Part shown: positions 38,673 to 47,938 of the stretch, in pieces
Position numbering within the stretch: the first letter of the stretch is position 1
Layout: each line of letters starts with the position of its first letter
IMG/VR virus record: IMGVR_UViG_3300027763_000040
Location: 1 to 64,000 of that record
Strand: one strand, 5' to 3'
Source of the DNA: a virus
DNA: 64,000 bases
Position numbers and translations under genes: made by a program
Notes under the pieces: generated by a model
Databases searched by the model: none
What the model was told of the DNA's origin: nothing
The model's input: the letters and a program-made list of their open reading frames with translations, nothing else

Positions 38673-40415
38673 TTACATTACCACATTATAATTTAACTGA
38701 GAATACAAGATATAAAAATTATCAGGGTTTGCTGAATTTATCAATGGAACATCAGTCATACTTTCACCAGTACTTGGAAAAACTTTCTGTGATTTTTGTG
38801 GAGATTGTCCAGATGATGTGACGATAACATTTGGTTTTGCTTCGGGCAAATTACCTACATTTGGAACTGGTTTTGGTATATTTTGAACTTGAGCTGGTTG
38901 TATATTTAATTTTTTCTCATTTGATTGAGTGGGTGAAGTTACTTCTGGAATATTTTGTTCATTTGTTTTAGACTCTACCTCTAATTTTTGTTCAGATTGT
39001 TTACTATCAAATGAATTTTCGATACGCTTAAATTCTGGATTTGATGTGTCAATATTGAAAGTATAATTACCAACTCCAGCAGTCATTGGTGTTTGTGGAG
39101 TAGATTTAATTTCAGGTTGTGTTGGTGCTGGTGAAGGTGTTGCTGAATTAATCTTTGGTTGTGTTGCTGTTACTGATGGTGCAGCTGCTGGTGAAGGTGT
39201 TGCTGAATTAATCTTTGGTTGTGTTGCTGTTACTGATGGTGCAGCTGCTGGTGAAGGTGTTGATTTTTGTGAATTAATTTTTGGTTTTGCTGTTTCTGAT
39301 GATTTTTCTGCTGGTTTTGGTGCATTTGCTCCTGTAAGAAGGTCAGTACCTTTTCCTGCAAGTATAAATCCTGCAGCTCCACCAGCAATCATTCCTGGAA
39401 GTTTTAATGGTCCTGGCAATTTTGCCCCCATCTGAGCGCCTTTTTCTGCCCCATAAAGACTAGCAGCAGTTCCTGCTCCCGCCTGAACATTTGTTTGTCC
39501 CTCATTCTTTCTTTCTATAAATTCGGTAGCACCCAGAACAACATTAACGGCACCTTTAGCAACACCCTTAAGTACATTACCAGTATTTTTTAATAATCCA
39601 CTAGTGGCACCCTCTGTTGCACCTTTAGTGGCGGCCGTTGTTGCGCCTTTAGCAGCACCACCACTAAAAATACTTTTTGCCGTAGATGTAACTGCTTTAA
39701 TTGGAGCGGTAATAATTTTTCCAATCAATCCTGTAATTTTTGCAACAACACTTCCAAGTGTTTTAATAATTAAATTAAATCCACCTTTAATTGTAAAAAG
39801 AATTCCAGCGGCAATACCAAGATGTTTAATAATATTATTTTTAATCTCAGTAAGTTTACTCCTATCTCCTTGCTGCTTAGCATCAAAAAATTTAACTAAC
39901 TCATTTGTTAGCCACCCAGCAAAAAGAAATGTGAGTGCCTTTTGAACATTACCAAAAATATCTTGAACTTTTGGTGTAAGTTTTTGAACTGGTATAAGAA
40001 CTGCAGATTGTATTTTCTGCTCTATCTCATTTTCTTTACCAATTCTTATTTCCTGTTCTGCATATCTTCTTTGTCTTTCTGCTTCTGATATTAATCTAGA
40101 TTGGTCGGAAGCACCATCTTGCTGAATTAATACTGCAATTTTTTCTAATCCAGAATTTAAAGTTACAACTTGCTGATTGAGATTTTTAACCTGAGTATCA
40201 AGTGCAATTAAAGATTGTTGATTTGTTTGTGCAAGTTGTAAATTTTGATTATTATTCTCTACATATTGGGATATAAAAGTAGTATCTCCCCTAAAGGATG
40301 AACTTGATATTTTTGTACTATTTAAAATTGCCTGCCTTACTTCTTTGGACAGCGGAGATCCTGTAATTGGATCTACTCCATTACTAGCAACTGATTTTAA
40401 ATCAACTTCCGCCAT
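38673..40415 (-). CDS. Tape-measure/baseplate-hub-like protein
   Basis: Coiled-coil N-terminus, hydrophobic G/A-rich middle, Pro/Thr-rich tail. Located next to gp51 and gp26. Confidence 0.55.
   Translation of the reverse strand: MAEVDLKSVASNGVDPITGSPLSKEVRQAILNSTKISSSSFRGDTTFISQYVENNNQNLQLAQTNQQSLIALDTQVKNLNQQVVTLNSGLEKIAVLIQQDGASDQSRLISEAERQRRYAEQEIRIGKENEIEQKIQSAVLIPVQKLTPKVQDIFGNVQKALTFLFAGWLTNELVKFFDAKQQGDRSKLTEIKNNIIKHLGIAAGILFTIKGGFNLIIKTLGSVVAKITGLIGKIITAPIKAVTSTAKSIFSGGAAKGATTAATKGATEGATSGLLKNTGNVLKGVAKGAVNVVLGATEFIERKNEGQTNVQAGAGTAASLYGAEKGAQMGAKLPGPLKLPGMIAGGAAGFILAGKGTDLLTGANAPKPAEKSSETAKPKINSQKSTPSPAAAPSVTATQPKINSATPSPAAAPSVTATQPKINSATPSPAPTQPEIKSTPQTPMTAGVGNYTFNIDTSNPEFKRIENSFDSKQSEQKLEVESKTNEQNIPEVTSPTQSNEKKLNIQPAQVQNIPKPVPNVGNLPEAKPNVIVTSSGQSPQKSQKVFPSTGESMTDVPLINSANPDNFYILYSQLNYNVVM
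39126..39262. repeat. 60-bp tandem repeat, about 2.3 copies
   Basis: Encodes TPSPAAAPSVTATQPKINSA twice. Confidence 0.9.
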
Positions 40416-40581
40416 TTGATTGATTCTTCAGATTTTCTTCTTCGATGTATTGTTGGAGAAGAGATACATAAATTTCTCTTTCCCAAGGTATCATATTTTC
40501 TAACTCCGTCAAAGAGTATTTATGATGTTGAATCAAAGCAAAGTTCGTTTTATAGTATGACGCAAGATCTTCATGCGACAT
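40402..40581 (-). CDS. gp51: Baseplate hub assembly protein gp51-like (59 aa), missed by the ORF track
   Basis: MSHEDLASYYKTNFALIQHHKYSLTELENMIPWEREIYVSLL... Confidence 0.8.
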   Translation of the reverse strand: MSHEDLASYYKTNFALIQHHKYSLTELENMIPWEREIYVSLLQQYIEEENLKNQSNGGS

Positions 40582-40583
40582 AC

Positions 40584-41303
40584 CTAAGCGAAAAAACTTG
40601 ACAATCCCTCTAAAACAACTGTGCTTTCAACATTAGTATTTGGATTTTTGAGACTAACAGTATGAGAAAGTTTTGGCATAGTCTCAAAGAATTTTTCAAT
40701 TTCTTTAAATTGATTAGAAGTTAATTGCTCCAAAAATTGAATTAGATCTTTGTTGGAAAAATCACTTGCATTCCAAGACTCTTCTTCGCTATAAACTTGC
40801 TCAATGCATGAACAGATCAGGTCAAAAGTATCATCAACACTAACATCATTAGTATTGGAAAAATTACTTTTAATAAATTCCTGTATAGATGGATACTTCA
40901 TTCTCATTGTCAAAGCATCGTCCAATTTAATATCCCGAGAATGTTGATCACTAACTTCAACTTTAATTTCGTCAAGATTGATACTTACTGGTACTTTTGT
41001 TACACCATCATCTGGGCAAGTAATCAAAACATTTACAGTTTCTCCTACAGATTTTCCACGAATATTTAAAAATAGATATTCAATATCAAATGTGGATAGT
41101 TTTTCAATTTTGATTCCTCTTGTAATCAAACAGTTTGAAATTACATTTTTAACAGCATCTGCAATTTGCTTGGAATCTTCACTTTCCATTGCAATGATAA
41201 GAATTTTTTCTTCCTTTACAAGAAATGGTCTATATTTAATTGTTTTTTTAATTGAAGGAATTTCCAACTCATATGTTGGTGTAGAGATTGTTGGTAAAGG
41301 CAT
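40584..41303 (-). CDS. gp26: Baseplate hub subunit gp26
   Basis: MPLP...PTYEL.IPS....KYRPFLVKEEKIL, FDIEYLFLNIRGKSVGE. Confidence 0.9.
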   Translation of the reverse strand: MPLPTISTPTYELEIPSIKKTIKYRPFLVKEEKILIIAMESEDSKQIADAVKNVISNCLITRGIKIEKLSTFDIEYLFLNIRGKSVGETVNVLITCPDDGVTKVPVSINLDEIKVEVSDQHSRDIKLDDALTMRMKYPSIQEFIKSNFSNTNDVSVDDTFDLICSCIEQVYSEEESWNASDFSNKDLIQFLEQLTSNQFKEIEKFFETMPKLSHTVSLKNPNTNVESTVVLEGLSSFFA

Positions 41304-41337
41304 AATGACCTATAGAATTCAGTAAATTTATTTAGGG

Positions 41338-42150
41338 TCAAATTGTTTGAATAGGATTGTATGGTCCACCAACTCCTCTTGGTCTTGGATCATCCAATCT
41401 TCCCGTACCTTGATTTAGATTTCTCCAAAGCATTTCCTGCTTACCAGTAGCAAGTTTATTTGGCAATACACTATTGTCAATTGTAGCAGATGCTGGTATT
41501 AAATTATTGTTAATATTTTGATAAATTGATAAACTAGTAGTTCTTCCTGCAATATAACGATCAAATTGGAATGAAACGTTGATGAGCATTATATTTGAAG
41601 AACTATATGAAACTGGAATTGAGGATATGCTTAACGGGAAAAGTCCAATAAAGTTATACTCAATTTCTGCATTATAATCTCGATCAAATTTAATTATTTT
41701 TGTGGATTCCGATTTATAGTATTTTGGATACTGCATCCTAACAAAATATGCCTGAGATTCTTGCCGAATAGGATTAGAAACTCCTGCAATTGGATTATAA
41801 GAACCACTCGTAGTGAATTCCATCCAATATTCTAAAAATTTTAATATATTATAATTACTATCAACATAAAATTCCATCGAAATTTGAGAATAAACTTTCG
41901 AATGGGCAAATTTTTCTTGAACTCCTATATGATTATAAATCTCCCCAGATCCCAATTGAAATGTTGGAAGAGATGTGGAAGAACACAGAAGTCCAGCATC
42001 ATTGGTAATAAATCTTTGAGTTATTCCTCTCCTATCCAAATAGGACAGCAATTGACCACTAAATCCACCAAATTGAACTTCATAGTGTGAAGTTTGGGCA
42101 AGATTTGAAAATAGTGGTTTAATGTCCGATATTCTACGCGGTGAAGCCAC
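41338..42150 (-). CDS. Baseplate tail-tube initiator (gp54/gp19-like fold)
   Basis: LLCSSTSLP, MEFYVD..Y..LKFLEYW, YNFIGLFPLSISSIPVSY. Divergent from gp4. Confidence 0.7.
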   Translation of the reverse strand: MASPRRISDIKPLFSNLAQTSHYEVQFGGFSGQLLSYLDRRGITQRFITNDAGLLCSSTSLPTFQLGSGEIYNHIGVQEKFAHSKVYSQISMEFYVDSNYNILKFLEYWMEFTTSGSYNPIAGVSNPIRQESQAYFVRMQYPKYYKSESTKIIKFDRDYNAEIEYNFIGLFPLSISSIPVSYSSSNIMLINVSFQFDRYIAGRTTSLSIYQNINNNLIPASATIDNSVLPNKLATGKQEMLWRNLNQGTGRLDDPRPRGVGGPYNPIQTI

Positions 42151-42151
42151 T

Positions 42152-42185
42152 CTAAATACCTATTATATGTCGTATTAGTATTTAG
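42152..42185. promoter_or_regulatory. Late promoter pair in a 35-bp spacer between divergent genes
   Basis: CTAAATA on plus (42152-42158) and CTAAATA on minus (42179-42185). Confidence 0.65.
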
Positions 42186-42623
42186 ATGTCATATAAGGGA
42201 AAATATCAACCAGCATTCCCCAAAAAGTATAAGGGCGATCCATCAAATATCACATATAGGTCTTTGTGGGAACGTAAATTTATGGTGTATTGTGATACTA
42301 ATGAAAATATTTTAGAATGGGGAAGTGAAGAATTGGCGCTTCCTTATAGATCTCCAATAGATAATCGCATTCATAGATACTTTCCAGACTTTTATATTAA
42401 GGTCAAAGAAAGTAACGGTTCAATTAAGAAATATCTAATTGAAATCAAACCAAAAAAACAAACAGTAGAACCAATACCACAAAAAAGAAAAACAAAAGGA
42501 TATATCTATGAAGTTTATGAATATGCTAAAAATCAGGCAAAATGGAAAGTGGCGCGGGAATTCTGTGAAGATCGCCAATGGGAATTTAAAGTTTTAACCG
42601 AAGATGATTTGGGGATTAAATAA
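42186..42623 (+). CDS. gp4: Head completion nuclease gp4
   Basis: YKGKYQP..PKKYKGD...YRSLWE, HRYFPDFYIK, LIEIKPKKQT, NQAKW. Confidence 0.92.
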   Translation: MSYKGKYQPAFPKKYKGDPSNITYRSLWERKFMVYCDTNENILEWGSEELALPYRSPIDNRIHRYFPDFYIKVKESNGSIKKYLIEIKPKKQTVEPIPQKRKTKGYIYEVYEYAKNQAKWKVAREFCEDRQWEFKVLTEDDLGIK

Positions 42624-43189
42624 TGGCATCTAAATTAACTGGATACGAGAAACAATTAGACAGTTATACTAAAAATGAATTGGTCGAAATTGCACAGAAA
42701 TATACAATTTATTATATTGGAGAATCTGGTCAAGGAAAAACATCTGGTTATAGCAAATTAACAAAAGAAAAGTTAATTTCAATTATTCGTAATGATAATG
42801 ACTATAAGGATGCAAATCCAAATATTAATAATAGACCAGTTAATAGAATTCAAAGACTGGTTAACAGTTTATATGGAACTGAGGAACCTGAGGAACTGAT
42901 GGATTATATTTTGGAAGCACTGTCTGATGGAGGAAGTTCAAGTACATCCAAAGGAAAATACTACACCTTTTTATATTATGCAAAAACTCCAAGAATAACT
43001 TACGATCAACATCCACTTATTCTTGCTGGCGATTCTACTGCAAATGGATTTTATGGATTCAATTATCACTGGGGAAAAGTACGCCGATATACTTATCCAG
43101 AAGCTGCTAGTCCATTTTTTGAAGTTTCAGTTCGAGAATTTTATTCCTTGAAGCAACTTCCTTATGCAAAATATATTACAAAGACCTGA
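42623..43189 (+). CDS. DNA end-protector gp2-like protein
   Basis: GKYYTFLYYAKT...YDQHPLI...FYGFNYHW resembles the T4 gp2 core. Confidence 0.55.
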   Translation: MASKLTGYEKQLDSYTKNELVEIAQKYTIYYIGESGQGKTSGYSKLTKEKLISIIRNDNDYKDANPNINNRPVNRIQRLVNSLYGTEEPEELMDYILEALSDGGSSSTSKGKYYTFLYYAKTPRITYDQHPLILAGDSTANGFYGFNYHWGKVRRYTYPEAASPFFEVSVREFYSLKQLPYAKYITKT

Positions 43190-43209
43190 TAAATAGTTAG
43201 AAAACAATA

Positions 43210-44106
43210 ATGGCAGGATCTTTAAGATATCCGATTAAAAACATAGGAATAAATGATGATTATCTCAGAATAGAGATTGTTGAATATGTTCCACCTGGAC
43301 TTGGGCAGCAAGGGCAAGGATTTGCATTGGGAACTACGGATCAAGCAATAAAAAATAATAAAAAACTATTACAGACGATTATATTACCAATACCACAAAA
43401 TATTTCAGATTCAAATTCTGCTAGTTGGGGAGAAAATTCATTAGATTCTGTTGCGGGTGGACTTATGAGTGGAACTGCAGATGTAATGTCCTCATCAACT
43501 CCATTTAATACTGGATTAAAAGCAGTAAAAGGTGTAATTGATAAAGTTACGGGAGGAGTTACTGATGCTACAGGACAAAAAGCAGCAACGACAGCATTTA
43601 CAGGATTAGCAGTACAAACATTATTAAGTGGAGAAGCAAATATTAATCAACTAGTTTCCAGATCAACTGGAGCAGTTATTAATCAGAATGTTGAGTTGTT
43701 ATTTGGAGGAGTTACGATTAGAACACCATTTCAATTTTCATACGACTTGATACCCAGATCTGAAGAAGAATCGTTAGTGGTTAAAAATATTATTAGATTA
43801 TTCAAACAAAATATGACAGCAAGTAAAGGTAGTGCAGAGTCTAATGGTGGAGGATTTTTTGTAAAATCTCCAAATGTATTCTTACTATCTTACATGAGTG
43901 GTGGAAAAATACACCCATTTTTAAACAAATTTAAACCTTGTGCTCTATTAAATATGGGAGTAAACTATACTGCTTCTGGACAGTATGCAACTTATTCAGA
44001 TGCTACTCCAGTTCATCTACAACTAAGTCTTTCATTTCAAGAATTATCTGTTGTATATGCTGAAGATTATAATGAAGGAGACGGTACAATAGGAGTAGGT
44101 TACTAA
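43210..44106 (+). CDS. gp48: Baseplate tail-tube cap gp48
   Basis: LRYP, IILPIP, N.ELLFGG...FQFSYDLIPRS..E, FKPCAL..M.VNY. Preceded by ATAAATA at 43189. Confidence 0.88.
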   Translation: MAGSLRYPIKNIGINDDYLRIEIVEYVPPGLGQQGQGFALGTTDQAIKNNKKLLQTIILPIPQNISDSNSASWGENSLDSVAGGLMSGTADVMSSSTPFNTGLKAVKGVIDKVTGGVTDATGQKAATTAFTGLAVQTLLSGEANINQLVSRSTGAVINQNVELLFGGVTIRTPFQFSYDLIPRSEEESLVVKNIIRLFKQNMTASKGSAESNGGGFFVKSPNVFLLSYMSGGKIHPFLNKFKPCALLNMGVNYTASGQYATYSDATPVHLQLSLSFQELSVVYAEDYNEGDGTIGVGY

Positions 44107-44107
44107 A

Positions 44108-44755
44108 ATGTCATACTTTAGAGAATTACCAAATCTAGAATATCAATCAATACTTTCTGATAGAGTATCTTCTGACGAATATTTAATTGTAAAAAATTTA
44201 TTTCGTAGAGCAAAACTTAGAGAAGATCTTCAAAATGTTTTTACGATCTTTAATAAGTATCAAATACCAGATGGATCTAGACCAGAATTAGTTGCTAAAG
44301 AGATCTATAATAGCGCACAATATGATTGGATTGTTTTAATTGGTGCAGGAATCACTAATGTTAGGGATCAATGGCCATTATCCGATAGAGATCTTTATAC
44401 TTATGCCGAAGAAATATATGGTGAAAATTTAAATGATATTCATCATTATGAGACTACGGAAGTCAAAGATTTAAAAGGAAGATTAATTCTTCCTGCAGGA
44501 AAAGTTGTTGATGCATCCTTCACTATACCAAACCAAAATTTGTTGACTCAAACTATAAATCCTGTAACTGGAATTACTAATTATGAATATGAAGTAAGAA
44601 AAAATAATAAAAAAAGATTAATATATGTTATCAAACCATCTTACTTAAAACAAATTATTAAAGATATGAGAAACAGTTTACTTTATGATGAATCTTCACA
44701 ATATATTAATGAAAAATTGATTAAAACTGAAAATACTAGAAATACCTTACCATAA
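44108..44755 (+). CDS. gp53: Baseplate wedge gp53
   Basis: MSYFRELP, KNLFRR, DGSRPELVA..IY, DQWPLS, HHYET. Confidence 0.9.
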   Translation: MSYFRELPNLEYQSILSDRVSSDEYLIVKNLFRRAKLREDLQNVFTIFNKYQIPDGSRPELVAKEIYNSAQYDWIVLIGAGITNVRDQWPLSDRDLYTYAEEIYGENLNDIHHYETTEVKDLKGRLILPAGKVVDASFTIPNQNLLTQTINPVTGITNYEYEVRKNNKKRLIYVIKPSYLKQIIKDMRNSLLYDESSQYINEKLIKTENTRNTLP

Positions 44756-45334
44756 GAGTTCTAGATTCTTATCAAATATCATTACATATCGATGTTTGCG
44801 GGAGCGGTCTTTCCAGTCTCCTTCAGCACCTTTAATTTTGCCTCTAGAGTGTTTAGTTCCGTCTGCATAATAGAAATCTTTTTTTGCGTCTGTGAGTCCG
44901 CAATATTTAAAATTACAAGCGCGATAGATTGTACCATTATGGAAATCACTATCAGCGTAAGAGATGATTGCTTTAACTTCAGTATCCTTCCGTAACTGTC
45001 TAATCGCTCTTGAAACAAACCAAGAAGTGATATTATGCTCAGTTCGTTGAGTTTCGGGATGGATGCAGAGTCTTGATAACTCAAAAAGTCCTTGTTGTTC
45101 ATTTCGTTCAAGTCCAAATGCACCTGTTGCAATTTCGGGAACAGGCAGTCCAGTAAAAATACAAACTCCTTGAAGACCACCAATATTTAATGGGCAAAAA
45201 TCATTATTTTTATAAAGACCATAGTTATACCCAGATTTAAAATCTTTAGATATATCTTTAAGATAATGAAACTTCAGAAGTAACTCTGAAGATTCGGATT
45301 TACTTATGCGATCTATATAAAAATCTGACTTCAT
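44747..45334 (-). CDS. Mom-like (GNAT-fold) putative DNA-modification protein
   Basis: FHYL, ELSRLC, SWFVSRAIR, IISYAD..H.GTIYRACNF.YCG. Confidence 0.7.
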   Translation of the reverse strand: MKSDFYIDRISKSESSELLLKFHYLKDISKDFKSGYNYGLYKNNDFCPLNIGGLQGVCIFTGLPVPEIATGAFGLERNEQQGLFELSRLCIHPETQRTEHNITSWFVSRAIRQLRKDTEVKAIISYADSDFHNGTIYRACNFKYCGLTDAKKDFYYADGTKHSRGKIKGAEGDWKDRSRKHRYVMIFDKNLELLW

Positions 45335-45729
45335 AAGAGTTTTTCTAAAGGATTTCTAATATCACTACCACTAAAATGATTTTTTAACAAATTTACTTGT
45401 TCTTTAAATTTTTCTTCTGGACAGCGTTGTCTGCCCAAATTAAATAATCTAAGTGCAATAACAACATTGCCAGGAATATAACCATCAAATTCGTCCAATC
45501 TTTCTAAACTTGGCGCAAGTGGATTATGAGATTCAAAAACTCCTTGTGGGTTAATTGGAAATCCTGTCCAATAACATTTGCCATTTTGGTTAAAAAATTG
45601 CTCAACTAAATACGTTTCATCAATAGTAACATCTAATGGTTCTGTTCTTTTGATTCCGTTTTTCTTTTCTTGTCCAGGTCGCGCAGCAGTTTTTGCTTTA
45701 TGAATAAGTGCTTTCCAAGGATTTTTCAT
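45331..45729 (-). CDS. HNH-like (His-Me finger) endonuclease, divergent
   Basis: QNGKCYWTG...PSLERLD..DGYIPGNV.....FN. Start taken at MKNPWK. Confidence 0.6.
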   Translation of the reverse strand: MKNPWKALIHKAKTAARPGQEKKNGIKRTEPLDVTIDETYLVEQFFNQNGKCYWTGFPINPQGVFESHNPLAPSLERLDEFDGYIPGNVVIALRLFNLGRQRCPEEKFKEQVNLLKNHFSGSDIRNPLEKLL

Positions 45730-45733
45730 AATT

Positions 45734-45769
45734 AAAAAAATAGGGGAGAGGACTCTCAACTTCTCCCCC
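45734..45769 (-). terminator. Intrinsic terminator after gp32
   Basis: GGGGAGA...TCTCCCC stem followed by TATTTTTTT. Confidence 0.65.
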
Positions 45770-45786
45770 ATTATAGCACAAATATC

Positions 45787-46704
45787 TTATTCTGCCAACT
45801 TTGCGAAGTAGGACAGAGTATCATCCTCATCTTCATCATATGAAGAAGACTTAGAAGAAGAACTCAGATTACTCAATTCGGTGCGAAGATCTTCATCAAG
45901 GTCACGAACTGGACCGCGAGAAGTCTCTTCCTCATCAGCAACCTCAGGGTCTTGACGACGAGCAGTCTTGTTGCCGAGAACATAATCAAGACGCTTCTTC
46001 AGTTCATCATAAGACTTGAACTGGTCAGCAGCAACGAGTTCTGCAAGAGAATACTGCTTCTTCCAGATTGCTTCCATTGCATCATCATCGTCCAGAAGAG
46101 CACCTTGTGCGGCAAACTCTGAAGAATCATAATTACGATAACCAGCAACATTCTTTGCCTTCAGTTTGAAGTTAGCACCCTGCCAGAAGTCAAACGGATC
46201 GATAGGAGTCTCATCTTCAAACTCTGGTTGCATTGCAGCAGTCAGTTTATCGAAGATTTTCTTACCAAACTTATAAAGGAACACTTTACCTTCGTTAGCA
46301 GGATTAGCAGGATCCTTGACAACATAGATGTTGCTCACATAAGTCAGTTTGCGCTTCTGCTTACGTGCTACTTCTTTACCAGCATCAGTACCATTGTTCC
46401 ACAATTCGGAGTTGAGTTCCGATACGGGATCCTTCTGGTTCATGGTAGTAAGAGAATTCTCAATATACCAACCGCCAGGGCCTTGAAATGCGTGGGAGTA
46501 CAGTTTTACAAACGGAAGATCTTCACCGTTAGGAGCAGGGAGGAAACGAATGACGGCATAACCATTGCCGCTCTTATCACATTCGAGTTTCCAAAGACGA
46601 TCATCGCCAGATGATGTGTTATTATTCATTTTTTCTACTTCCTTGACCAGTTTTGCGGTCAGGGAACCAAGTTTAGATTGTTTCTTAAGATCAGAAAAAG
46701 ACAT
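45787..46704 (-). CDS. gp32: Single-stranded DNA-binding protein gp32
   Basis: DDRLWKLE.DKSGNGYAVIRFLPAP, WYIENSLTT, YKFGKKIFDK, acidic C-terminal tail. Confidence 0.95.
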   Translation of the reverse strand: MSFSDLKKQSKLGSLTAKLVKEVEKMNNNTSSGDDRLWKLECDKSGNGYAVIRFLPAPNGEDLPFVKLYSHAFQGPGGWYIENSLTTMNQKDPVSELNSELWNNGTDAGKEVARKQKRKLTYVSNIYVVKDPANPANEGKVFLYKFGKKIFDKLTAAMQPEFEDETPIDPFDFWQGANFKLKAKNVAGYRNYDSSEFAAQGALLDDDDAMEAIWKKQYSLAELVAADQFKSYDELKKRLDYVLGNKTARRQDPEVADEEETSRGPVRDLDEDLRTELSNLSSSSKSSSYDEDEDDTLSYFAKLAE

Positions 46705-46747
46705 TTGGATTCGTTGTGTAAATTGGATGTTTTGGATTTACTTAGAT

Positions 46748-46776
46748 ATTATAACAAAAATAATATCACTTGTCAA
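46748..46776 (-). promoter_or_regulatory. Sigma70-type promoter for gp32
   Basis: TTGACA-17 nt-TATAAT. Confidence 0.8.
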
Positions 46777-47098
46777 TAAATTCCTTGAGAGACTCAATTG
46801 TTTTGTTCATACTATTGAAAAGTATATTCATATCTGTGTCAGGAGGAAATCCCATAATTGCCACAGATTTGCGAAGATTCTCTTTCATCTCAACCGCTTG
46901 TGGATCATCAGAAAGAGAAAGTCTTGTGTACATAATACGTTGCTTTTCTAGCAACTGAGTCAATTTATCAATGTGTTCCAGTTTATCTTCACGGGTCATC
47001 GAACCAAAAGTAAGAATACTTCCATAAATGAACTTTTGAAGTTCATTAATTTCTTCAAGTTCTTCCTGAATCAATTCAGAATCAAAGAATTTACTCAT
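46766..47098 (-). CDS. Conserved cyanophage/cyanobacterial protein (DUF1825-like)
   Basis: FFDSELIQEE...LLEKQRIMYTRLSLSDDPQA. Confidence 0.7.
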   Translation of the reverse strand: MSKFFDSELIQEELEEINELQKFIYGSILTFGSMTREDKLEHIDKLTQLLEKQRIMYTRLSLSDDPQAVEMKENLRKSVAIMGFPPDTDMNILFNSMNKTIESLKEFIDK

Positions 47099-47681
47099 TT
47101 ACAATTTCCCGTAAAAGTTTTTTGTACTGGAATACATCGATATTTAGAAACGGTTTGTATTTTTTAATTTTTAAACTTACGGTTTCCCACACTGGGTCCA
47201 AAAGTTTTTTATCAAACACATTCCCGAACTGGAATATTATATCATAAATCACCAGGGTTTCAATACCAATCTTCCCGCCCAGGAACTTTTTTAGAACTGG
47301 TGGATGTCCTTTCGAACAATTGAAAGCATCTTCTAATTTTGTTTCCGAGAGTAATTCTTCCGATTGTTCTTTGAACAAGTAGGTCAAACTCTGCTGTCGT
47401 TTCATCCACTCGACGTATGTTCTTTCTCCAGAATTTATAATTTCTCCAATCCATATGTTTTGTGGGTTATCGGCGGCAAGAAAATTGGCAAGAAAATAAT
47501 CTACTATTTCTTTATCAGAATATTTACGACTGGATTTCTCAAACCAATATTTATCTTTGCGTTTGTTAAAAGAAGTTAGAGTTGCCCTTGACTTCCCACC
47601 ATATTTAAAGAAATCGTATTTTGGATTTGTAAAATGACTTTTGAGTGAAAGATAATGTTGATAGGTCTCAAAAGGACTCAT
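47091..47681 (-). CDS. gp59: Helicase loader gp59
   Basis: YLSLKSHF...YDFFKYGGK, SFNKRKDKYWFEK. Located between gp33 and gp32. Confidence 0.85.
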   Translation of the reverse strand: MSPFETYQHYLSLKSHFTNPKYDFFKYGGKSRATLTSFNKRKDKYWFEKSSRKYSDKEIVDYFLANFLAADNPQNIWIGEIINSGERTYVEWMKRQQSLTYLFKEQSEELLSETKLEDAFNCSKGHPPVLKKFLGGKIGIETLVIYDIIFQFGNVFDKKLLDPVWETVSLKIKKYKPFLNIDVFQYKKLLREIVNE

Positions 47682-47938
47682 AGGGGCAATTTTGCTCTCG
47701 AAGTTTTTTTCATAAAGTTTAGGTTGATAGCATCATACTTCAATCTTTCTTTAAGTGGTTTTGATACGAGTTTCGTAATTGAATCTACTTCAATACCATT
47801 CACTTCACAATAGTGAACGATTGCATCAATATAGTTGCACTTTTCTTCTGCAACAATTTTTTCCACTTCCAGTGCAAACTTGGAAGGGGTGAGGAATTTA
47901 TCCTCCATTACCTGCTCTAGTTCTTTATTTGGTTCCAT
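47678..47938 (-). CDS. gp33: Late-transcription coactivator gp33
   Basis: KFALEVEKIV....NYIDAIVHYCE.NGIE...SKPLKERLKYDA. Start taken at MEPNK. Confidence 0.85.
   Translation of the reverse strand: MEPNKELEQVMEDKFLTPSKFALEVEKIVAEEKCNYIDAIVHYCEVNGIEVDSITKLVSKPLKERLKYDAINLNFMKKTSRAKLPL

Noticed and set aside
40402-41303. Stop-codon readthrough or recoding joining gp26 and gp51
   Set aside because: gp51 has its own ATG in a different frame 2 nt after the TAG, and core genes elsewhere are intact under the standard code.
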